64,000 bases of DNA from an uncultured Nitrososphaerota archaeon (GTDB taxonomy: Archaea; Thermoproteota; Nitrososphaeria; Nitrososphaerales; Gagatemarchaeaceae): contig CAVRAG010000004.1 of the NCBI GenBank assembly GCA_963718895.1, positions 256,001 to 320,000 on the forward strand, written 5' to 3'. Shown one piece after another: positions 19,807-29,360 of this stretch. The position numbers and the translations under genes were made by a program. The notes under the pieces were generated by a model. That model was given only the letters and a program-made list of their open reading frames with translations, had not been told where the DNA came from and did no database searches. Numbering within the stretch: the first letter of the stretch is position 1; each line of letters starts with the position of its first letter.

Positions 19807-20100
19807 TTGAAGCGATGGGTGATTCTTAGTCTAGGCCTGGTGGCTGTGTTGCTCGTCGTGGTCCTCTTCCTGCTTCCGGTTGTGTCGATCGGTGTGGAAG
19901 CAGCCACAGGTACACCAAACTCTTCCGTCGAACGCGTGACCTCAGCTTCGGCCTCGATGATGTACGCCTACTTCGGCGTGGGAGTAGTGCAGGTACCGCA
20001 CCCGTATGACAGTGGTCATACATACTGCTTCATGTACGGGAACCCCGGTACGATGTGCGGCTTCGCCATGCAGCGGATGAACCAGATGATGGCTCCGTGA
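19807..20100 (+). CDS. Small single-TM protein (VP-SY family)
   Basis: LFLLPVV...SASMMYAYFGVGVV. Confidence 0.65.
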   Translation: MKRWVILSLGLVAVLLVVVLFLLPVVSIGVEAATGTPNSSVERVTSASASMMYAYFGVGVVQVPHPYDSGHTYCFMYGNPGTMCGFAMQRMNQMMAP

Positions 20101-21272
20101 GTTCTCCGGAAGCCGAGAACATTCCTGACTCTGACGGGTGGACCTATTCGGCTCTGATCCTCCTCCTCACGATTCCCCTTTCGGCGGTTGTGTCGAATGC
20201 GTTTCCTCTGAGCGGTGTCATCGCATCGGTGACCGGAGCCAACAGCTATGACCTCGGTCCGTACTTCGTCCTCTGGCAGCTGGCCTTCACCGTCGTGATG
20301 CTCTACGTCTTCTACAAAGTCGGTGAGAGGGTGGACTTCCCCGGGACATACCGCCGCCTTGCGTTTATGGCGTTCGTTGGGGCGCTCATCGGGAACCTCC
20401 CGGGCTTGTACGTCTACAACTTCAACGTCTACAACAACGGCCCCTTCATTGGATTCGGTCAGGAGTGGGGCTACGGCTTCGGCTATGTCACGAGCTTCGG
20501 TATCGCGGAGCCGAGCTCCCTGATCGACCTCCTCACCGCTGCTGTCGCCTCGTTCATGATCCCGCTGGCAGGCCTGGCGCTCGCCCACTTCAGGTTGCAG
20601 TTCCTCTCTCCGGCCGGCGATGTGAGCCCCGGCGAAGGCCCGAAGAAGACCCGGGGTCCTCTCTCGCCTTTCGTCGTAACCTTCCTTGTGGTCGTGGCTT
20701 TCCTGCCGGTCACTCGAATTGCATCCAGCCTCTTCGCGACCGCACCGCCCCCTACTTTCCCCTATCGGTTCACCATCCAGCAGCTCATCCCCGGGTACGC
20801 AGGCTTCCTGGTCTATCCCTTCCTTCTGCTAGTAGCTTTCTACGCGATGGGGGCCACGCTGGACATGGGCCTGTGGGGCGCCCGGAGCTTCAGGAGGTTC
20901 GCGCTCTCCGTGTTTGAGGGTGCGGTGGCGGGGCTGTTCGTCATCGATGTGATTGATGGGTGGATCGAGAGTTCTTCGTTGGCTGTTGTTCTGAGCCCAT
21001 ACAATCTGGCAAGGTTGGGCGCGTTTCTCCTCTCCGGCGGCGTCATGGTGGTCATCCTGGCTTTCGCCGCCCTATCCCTCGGGTACGTTGCGAGGAACAG
21101 ACCCCATCTTACTGCTGCTGAGGGACTTCCAAACTCTTGCCTAGACCGTGAAGTAGGCGAACGCAGAGTGCCCCCATTCGTCCTCCGCCAGCACCGTGTA
21201 CGTCCCCTTCGGGAGGGTCGTGAAGGCCCCTCCCTGGCTCCAATACCCGGTGACCGCCCCCCACGAAGATGA
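20097..21272 (+). CDS. Multi-pass membrane protein
   Basis: About 8 TMs; 3' end overlaps opposite-strand gene, so true end uncertain. Confidence 0.55.
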   Translation: MSSPEAENIPDSDGWTYSALILLLTIPLSAVVSNAFPLSGVIASVTGANSYDLGPYFVLWQLAFTVVMLYVFYKVGERVDFPGTYRRLAFMAFVGALIGNLPGLYVYNFNVYNNGPFIGFGQEWGYGFGYVTSFGIAEPSSLIDLLTAAVASFMIPLAGLALAHFRLQFLSPAGDVSPGEGPKKTRGPLSPFVVTFLVVVAFLPVTRIASSLFATAPPPTFPYRFTIQQLIPGYAGFLVYPFLLLVAFYAMGATLDMGLWGARSFRRFALSVFEGAVAGLFVIDVIDGWIESSSLAVVLSPYNLARLGAFLLSGGVMVVILAFAALSLGYVARNRPHLTAAEGLPNSCLDREVGERRVPPFVLRQHRVRPLREGREGPSLAPIPGDRPPRR

Positions 21273-21988
21273 TGTCCGTCCGGTCGACGCGCTCCCCGAC
21301 ATGCACGTCTGCTGGTTGCAGCCGTACGAGTCAGCCATGTGGCTCAGGGGCTGGAAGGCGAACCCTGTCGGGTTTCCGTACCCCAGATACAGCGGGCAGC
21401 TATAGGTGACTCCCGGGTTGACAAGATCCAGGAACTTGGCCGCGGTGACGTTCGAAGAGGTGTAGTGCCCCTCGGCTATTGCGAAGCCGACTGTGAAGTC
21501 ATTCACCCAGCAGGGGGCGCCGTCCAGGTAACTGAGCGCAACGGGCCAGTCGTTCGCGGCCGTGACGTTGTTCGTTGAAGCGAGTGTGTTGTAGACGTCG
21601 GCCATGATGCTCACGGCAGCGCCGCTCGCGTTGACGGCCAGCTGCAGCTTGAGGGCATTCGCGGAGCCGCTCAGGCTGGTTGTGGTCGCAGTCTGCGTGC
21701 TCGTCGCAGTGGTGCAGGATACAACTGGACCGCCGACTCGGGCTGGATGACCGCGCTGAGTAGGAGGCCACCCGCGACCGGGGAGTAGAACACGTTGGAA
21801 GGGGAAATCGTAGTCGTGGTTACGTCGGTCACAGTTGTGGTGGACGTCGTCGTTGCGGTTGCGGTCGTACTAATGGTAGTGGTCTTAGCTCCTCCGATTG
21901 CCACGAAGAGGCTCGCAGATATCAGCACCCCCGCTATCACTATCGCCGCAGCGATCACCACGTAGCTCGGGTTGGCCTGGCCGCTCAT
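21141..21988 (-). pseudogene. Membrane-anchored Thr-rich surface protein, frameshifted ~21720
   Basis: N-terminus IAAAIVIAGVLISASLFVAIGGAKTTT matches 58481; C-terminal YTVLAEDEWG domain homologous to 7708. Confidence 0.7.
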
Positions 21989-22002
21989 GGGAGCCGGACC
22001 GC

Positions 22003-22248
22003 TCAAACGAACCTCACCAGCGGCCCGTTCGGCTCGGAGACGACGACGACTCCGTGATGGACCAGCGCGTAGGAAATCGAGCCGTGCAGGGGATACAGAA
22101 GTTCAAACGGGCAGAAGCACTGAGGACAGGAGACTCCGCAGGGGGTGGACTGGCCCATCGGGAATATCGGGACGAGGAGTACAAAGAGAAAGACTGCGAC
22201 GGCGGCTATGGTGATTGCAATCGGACCGACCGCTCTCCGATGATGCAC
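22003..22248 (-). CDS. Small single-TM Cys-rich protein (VP-SY family)
   Basis: LLVPIFP...CGVSCPQCFC...GSISYALVHHGVV. Confidence 0.65.
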   Translation of the reverse strand: MHHRRAVGPIAITIAAVAVFLFVLLVPIFPMGQSTPCGVSCPQCFCPFELLYPLHGSISYALVHHGVVVVSEPNGPLVRFV

Positions 22249-22276
22249 GGCAACTCGGCTGGTTAGAGTGCGATTG

Positions 22277-22299
22277 GTGATTAATAGTTTTGTCCGAAC
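22277..22299 (-). promoter_or_regulatory. Motif B
   Basis: gttcggacaaaactattaatcac. Confidence 0.8.
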
Positions 22300-22324
22300 G
22301 CCGAAGAGGAAAGATTGATTGTTT

Positions 22325-22448
22325 CCCCAGCTTTTGGGGGCGAACCACGCCGGGGCGCCGGGGCCCTCTCCCTCCGTCCGAGCTGGGTCTTGTTCTAGAT
22401 GCGGAAGAGACCTGAAGCCATGCAAAGGGGTCATTGCGCCTCCGCCGG
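22325..22448 (+). repeat. C-to-A imperfect hairpin, copy 3 (more degenerate)
   Basis: gcgaaccacgccgggg...gatgcggaagagacctgaagcc...ggggtcattgcgcctccgccgg. Confidence 0.8.
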
Positions 22449-22497
22449 TGCACTTCATCAGCGCGTTGTTCTACGCTCAGCGGCGGCCAATCAGCCT

Positions 22498-22722
22498 CTA
22501 GAGCAAATCGATGAATTGTTCCGTGGTGAGTCCTGAATCCTTGATGATTGCTCTGAGCGTACCCTTTGCGATTTCTTTGTGGTTTGGGATGGTTAGACGG
22601 CGATGAGGCGCTTCCTTGTGCCTCAGAATCATGTGGCTCCCGGTCTGATGGTCGAGTGAATATCCGGCCTTCGAGAGGGCCTTCACGACTTCCCTTCCTG
22701 AGACTACGGGAAGCTTAGGCAC
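22498..22722 (-). CDS. hicA: HicA-family toxin
   Basis: QTGSHMIL, TIPNHKEIAKGTLRAII. Confidence 0.92.
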   Translation of the reverse strand: MPKLPVVSGREVVKALSKAGYSLDHQTGSHMILRHKEAPHRRLTIPNHKEIAKGTLRAIIKDSGLTTEQFIDLL

Positions 22723-22927
22723 TGACCTCTACCACTTCCTCGTCTATTGAGGGTGGTATGGGCTCGCGGTGCTTCTTCAGACTTGCGAGATAACCGTTGA
22801 TGGCGTCCTTGATGTTCGCCAGCGCGTCGGCCCTCGTCGCTCCCTGAGAAACGCACCCCGGTAACGACGGACACCTGGCTACGAAGACTCCGTCCTCGTC
22901 CTGTTCGATGGTTACCCGGTACTTCAT
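22715..22927 (-). CDS. hicB: HicB-family antitoxin
   Basis: EQDEDGVFVARCPSLPGCVSQG. Confidence 0.92.
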   Translation of the reverse strand: MKYRVTIEQDEDGVFVARCPSLPGCVSQGATRADALANIKDAINGYLASLKKHREPIPPSIDEEVVEVSA

Positions 22928-23003
22928 GTTCTAGAATTCCAGACTGGCGGGTTAAAATCCTTTGGTCTGCTGGTGCACTTCTCACTGTGATGCGCGTGAG
23001 AGC

Positions 23004-23123
23004 AGTTCATCCTGACTTCGTCGGGCACTTCATCCAGGTAAATCAGCTATGGCAGGAGGGCCGAGGTGGGTACTCCAATTGCTCTCCGGCTTTTACGTGC
23101 GAACCCCGCCGCGCCCCGATGCC
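23004..23123 (+). repeat. A-C repeat block (diverged)
   Basis: atccaggtaaatcagctat...ctctccggcttttacgtgcgaacc. Confidence 0.8.
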
Positions 23124-23134
23124 GATGTACATTA

Positions 23135-23395
23135 TCACCGCAAAAGCTGGCTCAGGTCGAGGATCTCGACTGCCACCGCTTGATCGCCGTGGTCTTCGTA
23201 GAAGAAGACTGCCAATCCGTCCTTTGATGGCTCCCCGACCGGCTTCTCCACGTGTCTGAACCTGAGGTACAGGTCGTCGTGTTCGCCGTAATCCACGGCC
23301 AGAACGGTCCTGGGGAGCTTCACCTTGTATCTCTGCTCCAGCTTCGACAGTATCTTCCTCAGGTCCAAGTCCAAGATTGTCGTTCTGCTCGTCAT
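23135..23395 (-). CDS. DUF2283-like putative antitoxin
   Basis: DYGEHDDLYLRF...AVEILD. Confidence 0.65.
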   Translation of the reverse strand: MTSRTTILDLDLRKILSKLEQRYKVKLPRTVLAVDYGEHDDLYLRFRHVEKPVGEPSKDGLAVFFYEDHGDQAVAVEILDLSQLLR

Positions 23396-23700
23396 TGTGC
23401 CCAGTACCTCCTGTTCTTCCTCTTCTCGTTGATTATGAATGCCGTCTTAATTAAGCCTCTATCTGCTTCTGCGACTCTGTAGATCACGACGAGGAAATGG
23501 CTCTTGTCGATGCGCTTCAAAGCGTGGCACCCGCCGCGCTCGTCTTTGTGCAGCTCATCAGGGTCGGATACCGCCTGCATCAATACGCTCGGGTCGGTCC
23601 CCACCTCCGGGTGCCTGAATCGCACGTGGAGCCAGTCGTCTCTCGTCAGAGTGATCTTCTTCCCGTCTGGGGTTGTTGCGACCGCGGGAAGGCCTTCCAA
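23392..23700 (-). CDS. BECR/RelE-like putative ribonuclease toxin
   Basis: ITLT..DWLHV..RHPEV, LVVIY, IKTAF; coupled to DUF2283-like gene. Confidence 0.6.
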   Translation of the reverse strand: MEGLPAVATTPDGKKITLTRDDWLHVRFRHPEVGTDPSVLMQAVSDPDELHKDERGGCHALKRIDKSHFLVVIYRVAEADRGLIKTAFIINEKRKNRRYWAQ

Positions 23701-23768
23701 GTCTGGTCTTCTGCGATTCCAATGCCGGGTGCGGCTATAAGCGCCTTGTGTCTTCCGGGGTTACTTTC

Positions 23769-23810
23769 TGATTGAGAGTTTTTTCCGAACCGCGTCAGGT
23801 CCCGAGGCCC
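23769..23810. repeat. Hybrid site: motif B fused to right half of motif C at CGAAC
   Basis: tgattgagagttttttccgaac|cgcgtcaggtcccgaggccc. Confidence 0.7.
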
Positions 23811-23900
23811 TCTTCAGCGGTAGCAAGCGCGACAAGCATGGGATCGAAAGGGTTGCGAGGACCATGGTCCAAGTGCGGCTTCTCCAGCGAAGGGGCCCCG

Positions 23901-24479
23901 CTAGGAGATCGTGGCACTCCCAGACCAGCCGCCGCCACAAGCAGTGATTACCTGGATTCCGTTGATGGCATCATTCACGCTTCCCCCAAAACCGGGAGCG
24001 ATGCCGGAGCGGGACCCGTTCACCGCGCCTGAAGGAAGGTTCAGCTCGACCGTAGCCGTACCGCCTCCGCAGATGGGGCCACTGAACTGATAGATGTGTC
24101 CCTCGTACGGGACGTTGAACGTGAAGGACCACCCGGCGAGGTCAGAAGATGGCACCGAGACGTAGCCGGTCGAGTTCGTCACGAAATCCCAGTTGCCGAG
24201 TATGGTACTCGTGGGTTTGGACGGTGTATTCTCCGAGGTACCTATCGGACAGAGCTCGTACAGCCAGCCCTTGACGCCCAGACCGCTCACCGGGTAGGCG
24301 GGCGTTGTCGTTACGATGTGGACGTACAGATTATCCCCCGGAGTGAACACACATTCGATGCTCGGTCTGGAGTAGGTCGAGTAGATGGAATAGCTCGCGC
24401 CCGCTACGACCAGAACCAGGACAAGGACGAGGGCGAGCATGACCCGTCGAGAAGGCCGTTTCTTCTGTGGCGCTTCCAT
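23901..24479 (-). CDS. Membrane-anchored surface protein
   Basis: Basic N-terminus plus TM, beta-rich ectodomain. Confidence 0.65.
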   Translation of the reverse strand: MEAPQKKRPSRRVMLALVLVLVLVVAGASYSIYSTYSRPSIECVFTPGDNLYVHIVTTTPAYPVSGLGVKGWLYELCPIGTSENTPSKPTSTILGNWDFVTNSTGYVSVPSSDLAGWSFTFNVPYEGHIYQFSGPICGGGTATVELNLPSGAVNGSRSGIAPGFGGSVNDAINGIQVITACGGGWSGSATIS

Positions 24480-24503
24480 GTCTCGCGCGCCCACTGATGA
24501 GAA

Positions 24504-24524
24504 GATTTACGCTTTTGTCCGAAC
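24504..24524 (-). promoter_or_regulatory. Motif B variant
   Basis: gttcggacaaaagcgtaaatc (identical to 39503-39523). Confidence 0.7.
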
Positions 24525-24609
24525 GGTTCTACTAAGTCTTCGTCATTCGAGGCCTGACTTTAGGGCCGTTAACTGTGGTCAGTTATCGGGTCGTTACTCG
24601 AATCATCAA

Positions 24610-25053
24610 TCAGGGAGGGACTATTATTGTGATTGGGGTATTGGGATAGGACACTGCGGCGTTGGATATGGTTACGGCTGCGAACGTGACCGAATACACC
24701 CCCGGCGGGATTGACTGTAGGTCCATCAGGAACACAGGTAAGGTCTGATTGAACCCCATCGTCGTCGTACCGTCGGCCACATAGATCGCGGTGTCTCCCT
24801 TGAAGGTAGCAAAGACCACGACGGTCAAGGGAGGCTCAGGCTCCTCGCTCGTGACGTTGACTCTGATTCCTGAATAATACCCCAGAGTGACATATTGGGC
24901 GCTATTCGAGTTGAAGCAGACTCCACAGAGAGTTATGATGTGCTGAGTGCTACCGGATACTGCAGGACCACTTGCCAAGGCGGGAATCAGCGCCGCTGCT
25001 ATCACAATCGCTGCCGCGATGACGCGATAGCTTCGAACCGGCCGAGAGCTCAA
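24610..25053 (-). CDS. Secreted/anchored Ig-like protein
   Basis: Leader MSSRPVRSYRVIAAA and upstream DNA nearly identical to 58481 gene; partial motif B at 25087-25102. Confidence 0.65.
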   Translation of the reverse strand: MSSRPVRSYRVIAAAIVIAAALIPALASGPAVSGSTQHIITLCGVCFNSNSAQYVTLGYYSGIRVNVTSEEPEPPLTVVVFATFKGDTAIYVADGTTTMGFNQTLPVFLMDLQSIPPGVYSVTFAAVTISNAAVSYPNTPITIIVPP

Positions 25054-25157
25054 ACCGAAGCGCCTTGAGACGTCGCGCCCGACTTCGTGATTAATAGCTA
25101 TGCCTCAGTGATTGGAATCCAGAACATTCGTGGCGGCTTCTGGCAAAGGGAGGAGCG

Positions 25158-25409
25158 TCAATCGGTCACTGGTATTGGCGGGTTACATGTCATGTAGATG
25201 GACCCCTTCCAGAGGGAATCACCGAATCCAAGAGTAGCGCAACTGACCGAACTATAGATAGCATTTGAGGCACCGTTGCCCTTTGTGCTTGTAATGCAAC
25301 TACCGCCGCACGATTGACCAGTTTTCACCACTGGAGCGAGGGAGAAGACAAGTAGGGATACACCCACAATCCCGACGACCAAAACAACGGCTTTTGACTG
25401 GCGCTTCAT
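25158..25409 (-). CDS. Small single-TM Cys-rich protein (VP-SY family)
   Basis: FSLAPVV...YSSVSCATLGFG. Confidence 0.6.
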   Translation of the reverse strand: MKRQSKAVVLVVGIVGVSLLVFSLAPVVKTGQSCGGSCITSTKGNGASNAIYSSVSCATLGFGDSLWKGSIYMTCNPPIPVTD

Positions 25410-25435
25410 GCCAAGAACCTCAGCCACCGGATTCT

Positions 25436-25457
25436 TGACTAATAGTCTTGTCCGAAC
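25436..25457 (-). promoter_or_regulatory. Motif B
   Basis: gttcggacaagactattagtca. Confidence 0.7.
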
Positions 25458-25501
25458 TGGATTGGGTTTGAAGCATCTGGAGCTCATTGGGCCTAAACGC
25501 G

Positions 25502-26359
25502 TCAATTGACGCTAACGTAGAAGGTGATGAAGTCCGAGCCAGCATTCCATTCGATGCCGGCAGAAGGATCGGTCTGCTCTGTGAACCACACGCCCTTCGG
25601 CGGTTGGGTGTAAGCGATGTAGGCGAACCCGGTGAAATTCGTGTCCAGTGTCACCGTAAAGGGATTCCAGTATTCAACAGCCCGCGTCCCAGACGTGACG
25701 GCGATCTCGGGGAGCCCTATCAAGAATTGGTGCGTGTCATTTGAGTTCGGCAGTGGATAATGGGTCACGTTGGTTACGTTGTATTCCGTTATCGTTCCTG
25801 AATAATTCTGTCCCAGATTTGGGGATATCGCAGTGAAATTGACCCCTTCGAATACGATGGATCTGGCGTCGAACACGCTCTGCAGAGGCACGCTCAGGTG
25901 TCTGTATTCTACACCCTTGATGGTGACCGTATCAGACGAGATTTCGTGGGTTAGAGCCCCAATCTGCTCCTGCTGGTAGACGGCCACAGAACCGAGCACG
26001 ATCAGGACCACTAGCAGGCCGGCAAGCATGGCCTTCTGGTGCGACAGGTGGAGGGCGGGCCTCGCACTCGGGTGCCCCTCGTCCTGCTTTCTGCCTGCAT
26101 CGATTATCCGGAGAGCCTCCTTCCCTTCGTCAGTGACCGTGTACAGACCCTGGCCATTCAGCTTGACCAGCCCCGACAGCCTGCCCAGGTGGAACGAGAG
26201 GAGCCCGTTGCTCTCGAGCCCTACCGCGTGCTTGAGCTCCGAGAAGGGGAGCGGCCTTTCGCTTACAGCCTGAAGTATCCTGATTCTTGTGGGATGCCCG
26301 AGGGCCTCGAACACCTCAGCCCTCGATGAGTTGAACGATTCGTCGCCATTCCCTGACAC
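25502..26359 (-). CDS. ArsR HTH-TM-ectodomain transmembrane regulator
   Basis: SFNSSRAEVFEALGHPTRIRIL, central TM, C-terminal ectodomain. Confidence 0.8.
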   Translation of the reverse strand: MSGNGDESFNSSRAEVFEALGHPTRIRILQAVSERPLPFSELKHAVGLESNGLLSFHLGRLSGLVKLNGQGLYTVTDEGKEALRIIDAGRKQDEGHPSARPALHLSHQKAMLAGLLVVLIVLGSVAVYQQEQIGALTHEISSDTVTIKGVEYRHLSVPLQSVFDARSIVFEGVNFTAISPNLGQNYSGTITEYNVTNVTHYPLPNSNDTHQFLIGLPEIAVTSGTRAVEYWNPFTVTLDTNFTGFAYIAYTQPPKGVWFTEQTDPSAGIEWNAGSDFITFYVSVN

Positions 26360-26511
26360 TTTGGCATGCGCTCCCGTAGCAGCAATGGGTGTGTCGTGAT
26401 TTAATGCCTCGTTCGTTGACCTGCCGAATCTTCCGATTATTGCAGGACAACGTTTCTTGACCCTCGTCTGGACTGGATGTTCTGTTGTGGTCGACTCTCC
26501 GGTTCGCCCAG

Positions 26512-26811
26512 TCAAGACCCCGACCGCAGCCGAGACAGCTTCAGGCTTCCCACGTGGTCGACAATCCATCGGACGATTCCGTCGTAGGCCTCTGAACCCG
26601 ACCGGGTGAGCTGCACCTGGCCGTCCGCGTCGAGTCTGACGAACCCCTTCTCCGTCATCCAGTCCATGTACCTGACGAGGCGGTCGTACGAGAGCCCCGT
26701 CGCCGCCGCGAGCGCTGTCCTGTTCATCGCTCCCTTCTCTTTCAGGGTCTTGACGATGCGAGCGAAGACGTACAGGTCAGGCCTTGTTGAACTCGGCCCT
26801 CTTGAACTCAG
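26512..26811 (-). CDS. Winged-helix (HTH_45-like) regulator, possible CTG start
   Basis: RPDLYVFARIV...NRTALAAATGLSYDRLVRY; frame open up to a CTG preceded by GAGGGG. Confidence 0.65.
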   Translation of the reverse strand: MSSRGPSSTRPDLYVFARIVKTLKEKGAMNRTALAAATGLSYDRLVRYMDWMTEKGFVRLDADGQVQLTRSGSEAYDGIVRWIVDHVGSLKLSRLRSGS

Positions 26812-27469
26812 AGTAGAATCCCCTCAGGTCCCAGAACAGAAGATCGAGCGAGCGCAACCGGTTGAAGCCCGTCTCGAGGCTCTTCTTGCTGAATATCAGG
26901 ACAATTATGATGGATGCCGGGACGAGAAACTCCAGGACTGCGGGAACCCAGTACATCAGCCCTGCGAATTCGGCGATGACTGAGAGTAAGAAGTAGGTCA
27001 CGAGTGAGTAGCCGGCGACCTTGAGGATAGAGTAGAACAGGTACGCGATTCTCGAGGTGCTGACCATGCCCAGCTGCGACTCCCAGTCCAGCTCGGAGAG
27101 AAGTTTGACGGCTCCCGGGACGCCCTCCTCCATGGTCTTCTTCCATTCGCCCATCTTGGTCCGGCTAACCCTCCGGTCGACCCAGAGTATACCTCCGAGG
27201 AAGCCTCCCAGGACGATGATGCCGACCGCGAGGGAGGCGAAATTGCTCGACGGGATTCCGCTGAACGAGAAGTTCGCGCCGTTGACGGGAAATCCGGAAG
27301 TCACCTCGTACACGCCATCGAAGAATACAATGAGGATCGAGGCGATAATTGTGACCACCAAGATTGCCAGGAAGTCGAGCATCGCATAGGCGAGCTCCCT
27401 GTACTTCCGTACGTCGTCGAGGGCCCGCATGAGGTCGCTGACCTGCTCGACCACCTCCGCTTCGCTCAT
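26777..27469 (-). CDS. Membrane protein (4 TM)
   Basis: Hydrophobic segments; overlapping operon arrangement. Confidence 0.65.
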   Translation of the reverse strand: MSEAEVVEQVSDLMRALDDVRKYRELAYAMLDFLAILVVTIIASILIVFFDGVYEVTSGFPVNGANFSFSGIPSSNFASLAVGIIVLGGFLGGILWVDRRVSRTKMGEWKKTMEEGVPGAVKLLSELDWESQLGMVSTSRIAYLFYSILKVAGYSLVTYFLLSVIAEFAGLMYWVPAVLEFLVPASIIIVLIFSKKSLETGFNRLRSLDLLFWDLRGFYSEFKRAEFNKA

Positions 27470-27957
27470 AGGGACACGCCCAGCACGCGGACCGAGACCA
27501 TGGCAGCCCCGTTAATCACGAGGTAGAATACGTGAATCCCTTTGATGGGGACCGGAATGGCGTTGAACGTCAGGAAGTCCGTGGCGTTCTGTCCGGTGAG
27601 GACCGACGCGTCGAGCGGATGATTCCCGTAGACGGAGTATCCTTCGCCGCTCGTGCCGACGTCCTCGAACGTATAGTAGATGGTGTTGGGCAGGACGATG
27701 GACTCGCTCCGGGTGACCCCCTGGATGGTCGTGCTCGTCCCGTTCGGGAAGGTCACTGACGCCGACTGGTTCACCCCGTCAGGCTGGATTGTTATCAGGA
27801 CGCGCGCATAGACGTAGTCTTCCTTGGCAATCACGAGGACCGAGGTTCCAGAGTTCCCTGTCTGATAGAAAGAAGGTTGTGGGCTCTGGAACAACGATAG
27901 TGTGGGCGCGACCAACACGAGAATCAGAACCAGGACCAGGAGCCATCTGACTCTCAT
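27466..27957 (-). CDS. Secreted/anchored protein
   Basis: Signal-like N-terminus; TATA-like ttaaata upstream. Confidence 0.6.
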   Translation of the reverse strand: MRVRWLLVLVLILVLVAPTLSLFQSPQPSFYQTGNSGTSVLVIAKEDYVYARVLITIQPDGVNQSASVTFPNGTSTTIQGVTRSESIVLPNTIYYTFEDVGTSGEGYSVYGNHPLDASVLTGQNATDFLTFNAIPVPIKGIHVFYLVINGAAMVSVRVLGVSL

Positions 27958-28029
27958 AAATCGCAGCGCCTCTCGAGTCTATTTAAGGCGGACTCACTCG
28001 GAGAGAGTCCCCAGGCGCTCGTTGGTCTG

Positions 28030-28176
28030 AGATGCCGAAGAATGGGAGTGCCACGTATTGGGTTCGTTGCGCCTCCGCCGGTCCACCCTATCCAGGTTCG
28101 TCAGCTACTGTGAGTGAGCCGTGGTGGGGGTTCCAATTGCTCTCCGGGTTTCTGCGTGCGAACCGCGCCGGGGCCC
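28030..28176 (+). repeat. A-C repeat block with upstream arm
   Basis: gggttcgttgcgcctccgccggtccaccctatccaggttcgtcagc...gcgtgcgaaccgcgccggggccc. Confidence 0.9.
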
Positions 28177-28319
28177 TCTTGCTACCCAGAAGAAGTTGGC
28201 AGATCTCTCTGGGAATGATTGCGAGACCCAGCTCTCCCTTAAATACGTGAAGGTGCTCTCCGACATCGTGGCGCTCATCCGCGAGTTGACTCTTCCTCGT
28301 AAAACGGTGGATTCAGAGC

Positions 28320-28712
28320 TTGGATGATGCCGTGCTCAAGCGGAGACTTGCATCGATGTTGAGGTTCGATCCTGCAATCAGGTATGTCATGTTAATCGGA
28401 GAGGACGACAAGCCTCTGTCTTCCGTCTCTAGAAGAAGCGATAAGTCGGCCCTCGAGCCTCCTGGACAGGGGAACCTAGTGCTCAGGCGGTTCGCGATCG
28501 CTCGGGGCATGGCGTCGACATCTGATTCATTTTACGGCCCAGCGCGCTTCGTCATACTACTGCGAGAGAAACTGATCGAGATAGTCTACCTGTCAGCCGC
28601 GAATATGATTCTAGTGGGGGCTGACCCTGATTTCCCCCTCGAGAAGGTCAAGCGACTTGCCAAGGTCTTGGACAAGGTTCAAATCAGGAGTCGGGCAACT
28701 CCGAAGTCTTGA
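28320..28712 (+). CDS. Roadblock/longin-like (DUF6659-like) protein
   Basis: DPAIRYVMLI...FYGPARFVILLREKL pattern. Confidence 0.5.
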   Translation: MDDAVLKRRLASMLRFDPAIRYVMLIGEDDKPLSSVSRRSDKSALEPPGQGNLVLRRFAIARGMASTSDSFYGPARFVILLREKLIEIVYLSAANMILVGADPDFPLEKVKRLAKVLDKVQIRSRATPKS

Positions 28713-28830
28713 CTGGGACGCGTAGTCGCCCCGCTTCGTCTGCCGCGAACAGGGTCTATCGCGCCACCGCCAAGCCACCCATCCAGATACATCGGCTTTG
28801 GCAAGAGGATGTTGGAGGGACGGTTCCATC

Positions 28831-28866
28831 TCTCTCGGGTCTTACGTGTGAACCGCGCCGAGGCCC
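28831..28866 (+). repeat. Motif C
   Basis: tctctcgggtcttacgtgtgaaccgcgccgaggccc. Confidence 0.7.
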
Positions 28867-29360
28867 TCTCGCTCCTTGTCCCTCAGAGGTACGCCATGCG
28901 ACCGAGACGGCTCTAAGGTTAAGGATACGGAGAGACCCGATTCATCAGCAGGCGATTATTGAGGGCGTTGCGCTGTGCTTATCTAGAACGAATGGCCCGA
29001 CGATCAGGGAAACTGGTTTGGACACAACCAGAAGAGGGACCACCACCTGGGTTGCTCTCGCCGCCCTTCGAGTCGCCTCGATACTGATAGGAGGGGTCGT
29101 CGCTTTTGCTCTGGGGACTTCTTCCCGTCTCAAGGGTCGAGCGTCGGCCTCCCAACTACGGTAATCACCGTCGTGCTGTTCGTCTTCTTCGTTGTCCTCC
29201 GGCAAAGAAGGGCGCGAGAAATCGAGTCCGAGTCCGACCAATCTGCCGTGGAAGTGAACGCTCTGAGTCATTCCAGCTCGTGACACAGAGGTTTGGCGCA
29301 CAGCCCGGCTTTAATCATAGCCTACGTTGGAAAGGCTTATGGGCGACTTATCCGGTCGTC

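Noticed and set aside
28709-29301. Overlapping ORFs 28709+, 28945- and the 5' part of 29106+
   Set aside because: No recognisable domain, and one runs through a repeat; probably a degraded cassette or GC-rich shadow ORFs
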